Below, in pieces: positions 48,663 to 59,285 of a DNA stretch of 64,000 nucleotides (its first letter is position 1; each line of letters opens with the position of its first letter). The translations under genes and the position numbers were made by a program. Source of the DNA: Bythopirellula sp. (GTDB taxonomy: Bacteria > Planctomycetota > Planctomycetia > Pirellulales > Lacipirellulaceae); contig OZ244170.1 of assembly GCA_965216565.1 (NCBI GenBank), positions 4,608,001 through 4,672,000 on the forward strand, in the 5' to 3' direction. The notes beneath the pieces are model-generated. The model did not search any database. It was not told the origin of the DNA and was given only the letters and a program-made list of their open reading frames with translations.

Positions 48663-50261
48663 ATGGTCATGTCGAGAAAAGCGTATCTTCTCATTCTGCT
48701 CAGTGTATTGGCTTCGTCGCCCTGCGCCGCCAAAACTGTGTTGCTCGATTTCAGCTCAGCTTCGTGCCTGCCTTGCCGTCGGATGCGTCCCACCGTTGAT
48801 CGAATCAAACGCGCCGGCTACGAAGTGCAGGAAATCAGCATCGATCGCCAACCGCAAGTTGCTGCGCGCTATGGTGTGACCCGCGTGCCGACTTTCATTG
48901 TTGTCTCGGATCAAAAAGTTAAATCGCGACTCACGGGAACCACAAGTTTCGAGCAACTGAAGGAAATGCTCGACCGTGCCAATGCTCGAGTGATCCCCGC
49001 CCAGGCTCACGGAAATGCACCAGTAGTGCCTTTGAGCCCATCCGCAAGCGCGCTGTCACCCAATCAAGATCTAACTCAGCCTCAACCGGGGCGTGTGCTC
49101 GCTATTCAGGACCCGAACCCCCATCCTCAACAGCAGCTACAAGCCACAGGGAACCCGTTTCCTCAACCTGCCCCAAGACAAACGGTGGCTCAGCCAGGTT
49201 CGGGGGCGACACCTTCGGGAGTCGACGAGCGACGGTTAATTGAAGCGACGGTTAAGATCTCGGTGAAAGATCCGGACGGGACCTCCGCCGGTACAGGCAC
49301 TCTCGTAGATGCACGTGAGGGCGAAGCGCTAGTTCTCACCTGTGGTCACCTGTTCCGCACTTCTGAGGGCAAAGGACAAATCACCGTCACCCTCTATCAA
49401 ATGGGGCAAGCAGGTGCAGAAGTCAGGACCACGCTAACTGGGAGCCTAATTCACTATGATCTCCAACGCGACCTAGCACTAGTCAGCGTTCGCCCCGATG
49501 TTTCGATAAGCCCGATTGCCATAGGATCCCCGCAAGTTCAGTTCACTGCCGGCGAATCGGTAGTTTCAATTGGTTGCAACACGGGGCACAACCCTACAGC
49601 AGTCAGTTCGCAAATTACAACAGTTGATCGCTACCAAGGGTATTCAAACGTCGAAGTTGCCGGTGCTCCTATTGAAGGACGTAGTGGTGGCGGATTATTC
49701 AATGCTCAGGGGCATCTCATTGGCGTCTGCTATGCCGCCGACCCTCAGGGGAACGAAGGGCTGTATGCTTCGTTGCCATCAATTCACGAAAAGCTCAATG
49801 AGCTCAAGCTCTCGATGGTGTATCAGCGCCAAGCTCCGGTAGTCCCGACGGCACCTGCCCAAATGGCTTCCCCGGCTCCAACTGCGTCGCTCGCTTCTCA
49901 CGCAGAACCTCCACAGGATCCATTCCAAGTTCGCGGGCAAAACGTAGTTTCCCAGCCCCAATCTGCCATTCCTCAAGCGGCGGTTTCCGCTGCCCCTCAG
50001 CCTGTCCAGCCTGAGGCTACGCTTGCCAGTTCGAATTTGAGCCCCGCCGAGCAGGCAACACTCGAAGAAATCGCTTCACGGGGCGCAAGTTCCGAAGTGA
50101 TCTGCATCATCAGACCTCATTCACCGAACGGTAAAAGCGAGGTCATAACTCTACGGAGTGCGTCTCCTGAGTTTGTGCAGGCACTGGTCCAACAGAGACA
50201 ATCCACTACCGCGAGTTCTGCCGAGACGGCTACCGCGTCCGTAGGCGGTACGTACCGCTAG
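48663..50261 (+). CDS. Secreted thioredoxin-domain / trypsin-like serine protease fusion
   Basis: RBS GGAGG, signal peptide, CLPC motif, triad LTCGH / DLAL / GRSGG. Confidence 0.85.
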   Translation: MVMSRKAYLLILLSVLASSPCAAKTVLLDFSSASCLPCRRMRPTVDRIKRAGYEVQEISIDRQPQVAARYGVTRVPTFIVVSDQKVKSRLTGTTSFEQLKEMLDRANARVIPAQAHGNAPVVPLSPSASALSPNQDLTQPQPGRVLAIQDPNPHPQQQLQATGNPFPQPAPRQTVAQPGSGATPSGVDERRLIEATVKISVKDPDGTSAGTGTLVDAREGEALVLTCGHLFRTSEGKGQITVTLYQMGQAGAEVRTTLTGSLIHYDLQRDLALVSVRPDVSISPIAIGSPQVQFTAGESVVSIGCNTGHNPTAVSSQITTVDRYQGYSNVEVAGAPIEGRSGGGLFNAQGHLIGVCYAADPQGNEGLYASLPSIHEKLNELKLSMVYQRQAPVVPTAPAQMASPAPTASLASHAEPPQDPFQVRGQNVVSQPQSAIPQAAVSAAPQPVQPEATLASSNLSPAEQATLEEIASRGASSEVICIIRPHSPNGKSEVITLRSASPEFVQALVQQRQSTTASSAETATASVGGTYR

Positions 50262-50391
50262 GTGTTACAACTGGCGCAAGCCGCATATCTGGGGTGAGCC
50301 ACCGAAAATAGGACCGGAGGCTCTGTGTAACGTAAGCTTGAGGGAACCTTAGTTTGGTACACCCCTTGCGCACATTCTCTGGAGCATCCCC

Positions 50392-51159
50392 GTGACTCTG
50401 CTGGTTGTATTCCTTTCCGTCACCAATATTGCAATTGGCTATGGATTGGCAATCTACTTAGGCCAAGCCGCCCTACCGTGGCAAACAGTCTCGATTCCTG
50501 CTGGCAAGAAGGCGGCTTTACCTAAGCCTGCCACAGTGAAAGCGCCTGCTCCGCAAGTCGAAACACAACCTTTGCCCCCCTCTCCGCAGGAATCTGAGAA
50601 GCCAGAAGCGGAAGCTGCTGAACCAGTTGCCCAACAGAGTGAAGAGACCGTAGCACCGGAATCAGTCGAACCAGCCGCTCAGCAGGAATCTCAAAGTTCT
50701 GCAGCAACAAGCGACCCCGAGCCCCCTGCTTCGGAGCCTGCCCCAGCAGCAGAGCCGCCATCCGTTGAAGAACCACCAGCAGAGGACGTAGCACAGCAGC
50801 CGGCAGAACCAGCAGGCGATATGAGCGAAACTGTCGAGATGAACGTTGCCGATCGCTTAGACGAAAGAGCTCAGGACGAAGACGAAGCACCAGAAGCAGA
50901 AGCTCTGGTTCCTACCCAAGGCACTGAGACCGAAAGCAGCGAACTCGAGCCTAACCAAGAGCCCGAGACGGAGTCGTCCAGCGAACCTGAAACTGGCGAA
51001 GTTGCCGATATCGCCGAAGAACCCGAAGCCACCGAAGAGCCTCAAGCTGCTGAAGAAGCTGCCGAGGAAGAGTTCGACGAGGCCGCCCTGCTCCGTGGCA
51101 TCGGAGATTTCCAAAAACAACTCATGCAGCAGCAAGAGTTATCGAAAATCAAGAACTAG
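50392..51159 (+). CDS. Membrane-anchored acidic Pro/Glu-rich hypothetical protein
   Basis: N-terminal TM followed by a low-complexity E/P/A region. Confidence 0.7.
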   Translation: MTLLVVFLSVTNIAIGYGLAIYLGQAALPWQTVSIPAGKKAALPKPATVKAPAPQVETQPLPPSPQESEKPEAEAAEPVAQQSEETVAPESVEPAAQQESQSSAATSDPEPPASEPAPAAEPPSVEEPPAEDVAQQPAEPAGDMSETVEMNVADRLDERAQDEDEAPEAEALVPTQGTETESSELEPNQEPETESSSEPETGEVADIAEEPEATEEPQAAEEAAEEEFDEAALLRGIGDFQKQLMQQQELSKIKN

Positions 51160-51175
51160 CTCGGTTTGCACCCAC

Positions 51176-51640
51176 TTAATCGGCTAGTTCAAAGATTGCT
51201 TCGATCTCCACGGCTACCCCTGCCGGTAGCGAGACAGCGCCAATGGCACTCCGCGCGGCAATGCCCGCCTCTTCGCCGAAGACATCTCGCATCAGTTCAC
51301 TAAAACCGTTAATGACCGCTGGCTGCGCGATAAAGTCGGGCGTGCAATTGACAAGTCCAACGGTCTTTACCAGCCGCTTCACTCGATCGAGCGAACCACA
51401 GTGCGCTTGCAAAGTCGCTAGAACAGCCAAGCCGGTTTGACGAGCGGCCTGGTTGCCGGCATCAGTATCGAGGTCATCGCCCAAACGTCCTTTAATCATG
51501 CTGCCATCGGGAAGCAGAGGTAGATGCCCCGAGAGATGAAGCAAATTGCCCACCGTGACAATCGGTCGATAAAGACCAATTGCCTTGGGGGCCGGTGGTA
51601 GTTCCAAGTTCAGGATCTTAATCTGGGCATCGGCTGACAT
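51176..51640 (-). CDS. RidA/YjgF family protein
   Basis: SGHLP, VINGFSEL..VFG..G..ARSA.G..SLP....VEIE. Confidence 0.92.
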   Translation of the reverse strand: MSADAQIKILNLELPPAPKAIGLYRPIVTVGNLLHLSGHLPLLPDGSMIKGRLGDDLDTDAGNQAARQTGLAVLATLQAHCGSLDRVKRLVKTVGLVNCTPDFIAQPAVINGFSELMRDVFGEEAGIAARSAIGAVSLPAGVAVEIEAIFELAD

Positions 51641-51770
51641 AGATATTCCTCAATATGCAATATGGTAGTCCCATGAGTTTGCGACTGGATGGTAGTGCCA
51701 GGTTTCTCGCTGAATAGATTGAACAGGCGAGGCAATTTTCGGGAACATTCTCTACATTCGGGAATATTCT

Positions 51771-52163
51771 CTACGATTTCTTATCTTCGTACACCTGTCC
51801 GGGATCAAAAACCTGTGTGTCGACGACCTCAAATTGGTTCGTTCCGCTGAGCTTTCGAAAAAAACAACTCTCATAACCTTGATGGCAGGCCGCCCCCCCT
51901 GCTTGCTCCACCTTGAGCAAGATCGTATCCCCGTCGCAATCCACAAAGATCTCTTTGACGGTCTGCACGTGCCCGCTACTCTCGCCTTTTTTCCATAACT
52001 TGCCCCGACTACGGCTGAAATAGGTGGCTTCGCCGGTGCTCAGCGTTTGTTCCCAAGCGGCGAGATTCATATAGGCCAACATGAGTACCTTACCGGTGGC
52101 GTGATCCTGGGCCACGACGGGCAGTAGCTGTTGGGGGTCGGAAAAGTCGGGTAAGGCGGACAA
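51771..52163 (-). CDS. hisI: Phosphoribosyl-AMP cyclohydrolase
   Basis: [39 protein letters not shown]. Confidence 0.95.
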   Translation of the reverse strand: MSALPDFSDPQQLLPVVAQDHATGKVLMLAYMNLAAWEQTLSTGEATYFSRSRGKLWKKGESSGHVQTVKEIFVDCDGDTILLKVEQAGGAACHQGYESCFFRKLSGTNQFEVVDTQVFDPGQVYEDKKS

Positions 52164-52449
52164 GGTCGTCGGTTCTCTCTGGGCGGGAGCAGTTGCACTT
52201 GATTACTACGCATTAAGGATAACCGCGTCGGGGTTGGCTGGCTACTAATGTAGTTTGGTTGAAGGTCGAGTTCAGCCGTTGGCACTCTCAAGCCGCAGAA
52301 CCGTTAGTAACAACAGTTCCGCTTTAAGCCGCGAACTTACCCGCGGACTCCAGTTGCCCGGACGAGCATCCCGATGAAACGGATAGGCGAAGAGCAACGG
52401 TTGGCGAGCTTTTCGCGGAGCCCCGTTTCTCTGTTCCCGAGGTGTCATC

Positions 52450-53040
52450 GTGATCAATCAGCCGATAACCATTGTCCTGCCGATGCACAATTCCGAGCAA
52501 TACCTGCAGCGCTCGGTCAGGGAAGTGCTCGACCTAGCACATTCTTTCGTGGGAGATTTCTCTGTCGTCATCGTCGATAATGGTTCAACCGACGAAACGT
52601 ATGAAACAGCCTGCGAGCTCGGACGAGTTTATCCGCAAGTAACGGTCCTCAGAGAACCATTCCAACAGGGCTTACGACGCGTGCTTGAGGTGGTAAGCAA
52701 CAATTGCAAATGCCAGACAGTTATTTGCCACGATGGCGTAACAGCGATCAACGTGGATCAATTGCGTTCTCTTCTCCACTCGGCTGCAAGTGCGCAACAA
52801 ACTTCTGTGCAAGATACGCGTATTGAATCTGGAAATGGTGCCTCATGCGGTTCGCGAAGGCTGGGATCGATGCGGTCCTTGCAAGAGAGCATGGAACGCG
52901 TGCACGGGTCGCTGACAGGTTTCAATTGGATGAAACTTGAAGAGCCCTTGGTCCCGCGAAGATGTTTCGAATCCACGCCAACTACCGTGATGTCTGCCAA
53001 GCCAAATCTTCCGATGAGTCACTTGTCTAGCTCAAAGTAA
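52450..53040 (+). CDS. Short glycosyltransferase family 2-like protein
   Basis: ITIVLPMHN, VIVDNGSTDET; DxD position reads HDG. Confidence 0.7.
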   Translation: MINQPITIVLPMHNSEQYLQRSVREVLDLAHSFVGDFSVVIVDNGSTDETYETACELGRVYPQVTVLREPFQQGLRRVLEVVSNNCKCQTVICHDGVTAINVDQLRSLLHSAASAQQTSVQDTRIESGNGASCGSRRLGSMRSLQESMERVHGSLTGFNWMKLEEPLVPRRCFESTPTTVMSAKPNLPMSHLSSSK

Positions 53041-53714
53041 ATGTAGTAAGCGAATGAAAAAATGTTACAGCGTGCATAGGCTGGCATTGCGTTGGGTAAA
53101 GGGCTTGAATTGTTGTGAGGCATAGTCTCGACTGTTGACGGACAGGTCCGTGAAAGCACTTTCAGCGATAAGATTGCGGAAAACACTTATCTATAATTTC
53201 TTAAAGAATCTTTTGTGTACAAACTCACTGCTAGTTAGCGGTGCTCAACTATTTGTTCGCTTCTTATGTTCCAACAATTCGAGGAACTAATTGCATTTCA
53301 AACGCGTCAAGGCGCTTGCCAATGTAGAAATGCATGACTATTATTCGTGCGGAAGTCGGGAACACAGATTTGGAAACTTGTAAAGGCTTTTGAATCGGAA
53401 CCCAACAAGATTTCGCAACGATGAGACAACTGAGGAGTGACTGAGAGAAATTCTGGCCTCTGCCGGGGGATAAACCCTTCTAGGCTGATTGGTTTGGTAG
53501 CTGGTCGACACATCGTAACCTTCACGCACGCATGCGACTCGTTACGTACTTTTCTTTAAACGTATAGCTACTATTTGAACTGTTACGGAACCACAGTTCA
53601 TCGGTGCCTTTAGTTTGGCTGCTTAGCACCGGACCAAGTACCCTTTTCTATTTTTCTCTTCAATTATCATCGTGGGCAGGCACAGAGGCCTACCTCGGCG
53701 GAGGAGTTTTAAGG

Positions 53715-54257
53715 ATGAGTACCGTTAATTACGATCACGGTTTTGATACTCCTGGAGTCAATGTTTCTCATGCCATTTCCGGCAGTCGAAGGCAAACTCC
53801 CAAGTCTTATCACCGAATATCTGATGTTCGTCAGCAACAAGGAGTCTCCCTACGCTCAGTGTCGCGACGTATGGATCTGACTGTTCAAGAAGTACGTCGA
53901 CAGGAGGAACCTGGAACCGACTTACGGCTTTCGGAGTTGCTCCGTTGGCAAGAGGTTTTAGAGGTGCCTCTTGCTGATTTACTAGTCGATTCCGATGGTC
54001 CCCTGTCCGACCCTGTTTTCCGCAGAGCAGCGATGCTGCGAGTGATGAAAACAGCCAAGGCGATCCAGGAATCGGCGCACGATCGCTCAGTCATTCGTTT
54101 AGCTACGATGTTGATCGATCAGTTGGTTAGTTTGATGCCAGAGCTTGGCGAGGTTTCCGCCTGGCATTCTGTTGGCCAAAGACGCACGCAGGAAGAAATG
54201 GGTCGCATCGTTGAACGAACGGTGTCGCAGGATTTCTTCAACGATTCATCGCATTAG
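53715..54257 (+). CDS. XRE-like HTH transcriptional regulator
   Basis: HRISDVRQQQGVSLRSVSRRM...DLRLSEL..WQ..LEVP..DLL. Confidence 0.8.
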   Translation: MSTVNYDHGFDTPGVNVSHAISGSRRQTPKSYHRISDVRQQQGVSLRSVSRRMDLTVQEVRRQEEPGTDLRLSELLRWQEVLEVPLADLLVDSDGPLSDPVFRRAAMLRVMKTAKAIQESAHDRSVIRLATMLIDQLVSLMPELGEVSAWHSVGQRRTQEEMGRIVERTVSQDFFNDSSH

Positions 54258-54357
54258 TCCTTGAGCCTATATATCACATCTGCAAAGCCCATGAGCAATC
54301 TGCTTGTGGGCTTTGTGCATTCTTGTGGTTAGGATCGTCTGCTTGATCTCAGGAAAA

Positions 54358-55146
54358 CTAGCTCTGAATTTTCTTGAGGACCTGCTCATGCAGTTCTGCT
54401 GTTGAGGCAACCATGTAGTTGCCCTGGCTGAGATCGTACGCTGCGCCCGACGCTGCGCTGATTGCACCGCCAGCTTCTTGCACGAGCAAAACTCCGGCCG
54501 CCGAATCCCAGGGAAAAATATGGAAGGCCCAATGCGCATCCAACCGGCCGCACGCGACGTACGCCAAGTTTAACGCCGCTGATCCTGTACGTCTGACCGC
54601 ACGGCAAATAGGGGCGACTTTGAGAAATGCTTGAATGTCTGGCATGTCGGGCGTCATCCGAGGAGGAAAACTTACCGCAACTAACCCATCTTCCAATTGG
54701 TTTGTTTTGCTAGCTCGAAAGGGTTTGCCATTAAGTGTGGCACCCTGGGCTGCACCGGCAAGAAACAGTTCCTCTCTGGTGGGATCAAATACGCCTCCGG
54801 CGACCACTTGCCCTGCTTTTGCGACCGCTACGGAAACGCCATAACAGGGAAATCCATGCACATAGTTAGTCGTTCCGTCTAACGGATCCACCACCCAGCA
54901 GTAGGGCTTTTCTAGCTGCGCGGGGTCCGGCGATTCCTCGCCCAGGAAGCCGTGCTCAGGAAACTCTTGTTGAATCACAGACCGAACAGCCTCTTGCGAG
55001 GCGATGTCGGCGTCTGTGACCAGATCTTGGGCAGATTTTTCCTGGGTGGAGAACTTACCTCGCCATGCAACCAACTGTTTCCCGCCCTCCAGGCAGGCAG
55101 ATTTGCAGGTGGCCAGGAGGTGTTCGATTTTGCACATGTTTATCAT
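54358..55146 (-). CDS. suhB: Inositol monophosphatase family protein
   Basis: DLVTDAD, GEE, WVVDPLDGTTNY, RRTGSAAL, WDSAAG. Confidence 0.9.
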   Translation of the reverse strand: MINMCKIEHLLATCKSACLEGGKQLVAWRGKFSTQEKSAQDLVTDADIASQEAVRSVIQQEFPEHGFLGEESPDPAQLEKPYCWVVDPLDGTTNYVHGFPCYGVSVAVAKAGQVVAGGVFDPTREELFLAGAAQGATLNGKPFRASKTNQLEDGLVAVSFPPRMTPDMPDIQAFLKVAPICRAVRRTGSAALNLAYVACGRLDAHWAFHIFPWDSAAGVLLVQEAGGAISAASGAAYDLSQGNYMVASTAELHEQVLKKIQS

Positions 55147-55437
55147 CCTTGCCTGATAGCCCCTAAACTCTCGCCCACCGTCCTAAAGCCATGCCAATTA
55201 AGCAATAACGTCGATTAGGTAAGATGCTGTCAGATTTCCTTGGATATTTTTGTTTTTGTGGGGGTCCGAAAAGCTGGACACGGCTCGTGAAATGAGTATC
55301 ATCATTAGTGAAGGGACAGACGATTGACCCAGGGAGTCTACTTGCATTTCCAACCACTTTCTAGCGTTCGTGGAAGGTAACTGCCTAATTCTCTTTATCC
55401 CCCCACAGTAGACACTTTGGCCTCTTCTCTGTTCCGG

Positions 55438-55477
55438 CCCCGTCGCTGCACCCTTGGGTGTACGGCGGGGTTTTTTT
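55438..55477 (+). terminator. Intrinsic terminator upstream of the 55547 gene
   Basis: CCCCGTCG-c-TGCACC-cttg-GGTGTA-CGGCGGGG followed by T7. Confidence 0.8.
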
Positions 55478-55546
55478 ATTGGATAACAGTTTTCTTACTT
55501 TACTGTTTCCTCTTAGTCTTTCTGACGCCATTCAATTACAAACCTC

Positions 55547-56287
55547 ATGACAAGACTTGAAAGTAGCGCGCGACTCGGAGAATGGAAGAAGTCGGAAACT
55601 TATTCCGAACTGACTCTACCAACTTTGAAAGGCGCCGTGCAGTTCGACGCGCTAAGCGCGGGTGTCGATCAACTCGTTATTGGCGAAGGCAAGGTTCAAG
55701 GGCAGACGCTTGGTGTTTCGACGGGCTCAGACGCCAAGGTAATTGAGACCCTAGTACGGGGTGGCGATCTGGTGGTAACGTGCGCTGCCACGACCCCTCA
55801 ACCGTTTCAGTGGCAAGCCTACTGGCGAGCTTCGTCTCCCGCGGAGGACTGTGCTCAAGTCGATCTAATGGTTTCCCTGCAGACTCCGACTTTGGAGAGC
55901 TACCCCAGCTTCCAGACTCAGTCTTCGTTCAAAGCCACAGAAGCGTACGGGTTGTCGCTCCATGACCGTGAGCCTCAGCTTCTCGGCTCACTACCCGACG
56001 AACCCGTTTGCAGGGAGCATTCGCACTGTGTAATCTTGCGAGACCCAAATTCCAAGTGGAGCTATTTAGAGATGTCCTTGCCCGAGGATCAGGCAATTAC
56101 GAATCTTACTTCTACAAACGATGGCTTACGTTCCATTGAGAGAAAGTTGGGCGGCGGATTCTTAGAGAGGGGCGTCATCCGTCGGATGTGTTTACGCAGC
56201 ATGTTCCTGCCTAGAGAAAACGACTTGGCGAGCGCAGCAGCAAATTTCCAAGAGTTCTGTGCAGAAGAACCGCCGCTAACTACGTAG
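55547..56287 (+). CDS. Hypothetical protein
   Basis: 246-aa ORF; C-terminal LERGVIRR...F..EEPPLTT. Confidence 0.75.
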   Translation: MTRLESSARLGEWKKSETYSELTLPTLKGAVQFDALSAGVDQLVIGEGKVQGQTLGVSTGSDAKVIETLVRGGDLVVTCAATTPQPFQWQAYWRASSPAEDCAQVDLMVSLQTPTLESYPSFQTQSSFKATEAYGLSLHDREPQLLGSLPDEPVCREHSHCVILRDPNSKWSYLEMSLPEDQAITNLTSTNDGLRSIERKLGGGFLERGVIRRMCLRSMFLPRENDLASAAANFQEFCAEEPPLTT

Positions 56288-56321
56288 GCGTAAGCATGAA
56301 CCTATGTAGGCTGCTTCGCGG

Positions 56322-56933
56322 CTAGGGAGCCTTGCGTAGTTTTGGCTTGCTGGTTTCCCGGTCGGAGTCTTTGCCGAGCGTTCCAATGATACCGGGCTGA
56401 ATATCGCGGTCTAAAACCGAGATCATCTCTGCCAAGCCGGCTTGCACCAGATCCGATCCGCTGACGTATTTCCCAGGATTGATCCATTGATCCATCAATT
56501 CGTGGGAAACGCCAAAGAGGTCGGCGAGCATGACGTCCATGTCTTTTTCGAGTTGCCCGAAATGGCGAGCCCACTCGGCGGCTTCGGCGAGGCCGACATT
56601 CTCTTCACTCTGCCATCGCATCGGATGGAAAAGCAGCACACTATATTTGGTGACATAGCGGCGTTCGCAGGCCGCGAAGGGCCAAAGAGCGGCCGACGAG
56701 CATTCGCCGGTTACGATACCGGTGGCACGTAACCCACGTAGGCGGATCAGTGTCATCAGCGACATCGCACAGTACGGGCTTCCGCCTGGCGAATCGAAGT
56801 AGAACGTGCATTCTCCCCCAGGGGGAATATCGAGAACGCGATCGGTGAGTTCCGACTCGTGTTCAGTAAGGTCCCCGACGATAGCGATTTCGGGCACTCG
56901 TTCCGTTTCTTCTTCGTGTGCGTCCTGGGTCAT
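56322..56933 (-). CDS. ClpP-family protease-like protein
   Basis: YFDSPGGS, GECSSAA (Ser), LLFHP (His), AGLAE. Confidence 0.75.
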   Translation of the reverse strand: MTQDAHEEETERVPEIAIVGDLTEHESELTDRVLDIPPGGECTFYFDSPGGSPYCAMSLMTLIRLRGLRATGIVTGECSSAALWPFAACERRYVTKYSVLLFHPMRWQSEENVGLAEAAEWARHFGQLEKDMDVMLADLFGVSHELMDQWINPGKYVSGSDLVQAGLAEMISVLDRDIQPGIIGTLGKDSDRETSKPKLRKAP

Positions 56934-57294
56934 CTCTTAAGATCTCATGTGGTGTCGCAATGTTACCAACCGATTAATTGCCATCTTCGGCATTTCACTC
57001 GACAAATTACCTCTGCCGAAGCCCCCATTCATTGTAAGATCAATCTGCCTAAACTGCCAGATTGCGGCACTTTGGAACGTGGACCAATTTCTGTCCAGTA
57101 ACACCCGCCTAGAACCACAAACTCTAGCAGTTTGCTGAGATAAGTAGGTCTGACGGAGTGATTAAGCCGTCGAACTCACGGTTCCGATGATAGCGGTTTT
57201 GGCAGTTGGAGGGCAGGGGAACAAGGGCTTCGGCATTATTCGGCCATGGAAACAGCAATGATTACATCTCGATGGAGACGTCCGCAGTAGAACG

Positions 57295-59178
57295 ATGGGA
57301 TATCGAAACCTTACAGAATGCGTCCAAGATTTGGAATCGCGCAACCAGCTGATACGCATCGAGCAACCCGTGTCAGCCAATCTCGAAGTCGCAGCCATTC
57401 ATCGACGCGTGGTAGCAGCCGAAGGCCCTGCGCTGTTGTTCACCAACGTCGAAGGCTGCCAATTTCCGATGGTCAGTAACTTGTTTGGCACGATGGACCG
57501 CATGCGGCTGATGTTCCGCGATGGTTTGGAAGCGGTGAGCAGGCTAATAGAGTTGCGCGAACAACCAGCCGCGGCACTACGCAAGCCGTGGCAGTATCTG
57601 GGGGCCGCTCGCAGCGCCTTGCATCTATTGCCTGCGTTCCGAACGAACGGACCAATCTTGACGGGCCAAACCACAATCAGCAATTTGCCGCAACAGATAA
57701 GCTGGCCCCACGATGGCGGCGGCTTTGTAACTTTGCCGCAGGTTTACACCGAAGACGTCCGGCAGCCAGGCTGGAAAAAGTCGAATCTGGGGATGTATCG
57801 CATCCAGCTTTCAGGAGGCGAATACGAGCCCGACAAAGAGATCGGCTTGCATTACCAAATCCATCGTTCGATTGGCGTTCATCATGCTGCCGCGATTGCT
57901 GCGGGAAAACCGTTCCGGGTAAATGTGTTTGTTGGCGGACCCCCGGCGATGTCATTGGCCGCAGTGATGCCTCTTCCCGAAGGAATGAGCGAGCTCACAT
58001 TTGCGGGCGTCTTGGGTGGGCGCCGGGTGCGGATGATCAAACAATCGGGCGGATTACCAATCCATGCGGATACTGATTTCTGCATCACCGGTACCGTAGA
58101 GCCAGATCGGCTATTGCCGGAAGGACCGTTTGGCGATCACTTGGGGTATTACAGTTTGCAGCATCCGTTCCCCGTATTGAAAGTCGAAAAAGTATTTCAT
58201 CGCAAGGATGCCATTTGGCCCTTCACAGTGGTCGGTCGACCACCTCAAGAAGATACAATGTTGGGCGCGATGATCCACGAGATCACAGGCCCCCTGATTC
58301 CTGAAGTGTTGCCAGGGGTCGAGGGGGTGCATGCTGTCGACGCCACGGGTGTTCATCCGCTACTGCTTGCCATTGGCAACGAACGCTACATGCCGTTTAT
58401 CGATGCCGGCCGACCGCAGGAACTGCTTACCCAAGCCAATGCAATCTTGGGTCAGGGGCAACTCTCGCTAGCGAAATTTCTATTCATCGTAGCTCGCCAA
58501 GACGATCCCCAACTCGATCTGCACAATATCGGTGCATTCTTGACACATCTCCTGCAACGGGCCGACTGGTCGCGCGATCTGCATTTTCATACCCAAACCA
58601 CAATCGATACGCTCGACTATACTGGCGGAGGACTCAATGCCGGGTCGAAGCTAGTCATCGCCGCGGTGGGTGCTCCACGGTTCGAGCTTGAAAACAGCGT
58701 TCCCGGCGAGTTGCATCTCCCCGCTGGATTTCGAAATCCACGCATTCCGCTTCCGGGCGTGCTTGCGATCGAAGGTCCGTCGTGCCCCAAGCCCTCGTTC
58801 GATTTTGATGTCTCACAGAGCTCACGTGGGCAGTCCCAGGAAAACATTGCTTCGGAGATGCAGGGCTTCTGTAAAGAAGCGTCCCACAACGAGGCGCTAA
58901 AACGTTTCCGTTGGGTAGTGATCGTCGACGACAGCCAATTTGTCAGCGAATCACTAAGTAACTTTCTTTGGGTGACATTTACGAGAACGAATCCTGCTAG
59001 CGATATCCACGGCATCGGTTCTTCAACCACAACGAAGCACTGGGGCTGTACCGGACCCTTGGTGATCGACGCCCGCATCAAGCCGCACCATGCGCCTGTG
59101 TTGGAAGAAGATCCGGAGATTGCCGCCAAGGTGAACGTTCTTGGTGCATCAGGCGGCCCTCTACACGGAATCATTTAG
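57295..59178 (+). CDS. UbiD family decarboxylase
   Basis: NLFGT..R, NLGMYRIQ, EGPFGDHLGYY, GRPPQED, IDAR.K. Confidence 0.93.
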   Translation: MGYRNLTECVQDLESRNQLIRIEQPVSANLEVAAIHRRVVAAEGPALLFTNVEGCQFPMVSNLFGTMDRMRLMFRDGLEAVSRLIELREQPAAALRKPWQYLGAARSALHLLPAFRTNGPILTGQTTISNLPQQISWPHDGGGFVTLPQVYTEDVRQPGWKKSNLGMYRIQLSGGEYEPDKEIGLHYQIHRSIGVHHAAAIAAGKPFRVNVFVGGPPAMSLAAVMPLPEGMSELTFAGVLGGRRVRMIKQSGGLPIHADTDFCITGTVEPDRLLPEGPFGDHLGYYSLQHPFPVLKVEKVFHRKDAIWPFTVVGRPPQEDTMLGAMIHEITGPLIPEVLPGVEGVHAVDATGVHPLLLAIGNERYMPFIDAGRPQELLTQANAILGQGQLSLAKFLFIVARQDDPQLDLHNIGAFLTHLLQRADWSRDLHFHTQTTIDTLDYTGGGLNAGSKLVIAAVGAPRFELENSVPGELHLPAGFRNPRIPLPGVLAIEGPSCPKPSFDFDVSQSSRGQSQENIASEMQGFCKEASHNEALKRFRWVVIVDDSQFVSESLSNFLWVTFTRTNPASDIHGIGSSTTTKHWGCTGPLVIDARIKPHHAPVLEEDPEIAAKVNVLGASGGPLHGII

Positions 59179-59285
59179 CCCGACGAAAACCCCTGTTTGG
59201 TCTGCGGGCGATTCCAGGTATCCTGTAGCACTCACCAATTACCTTCACGACCCAAATACCCGATCGGCAGCTGGGAAAGAGATAT

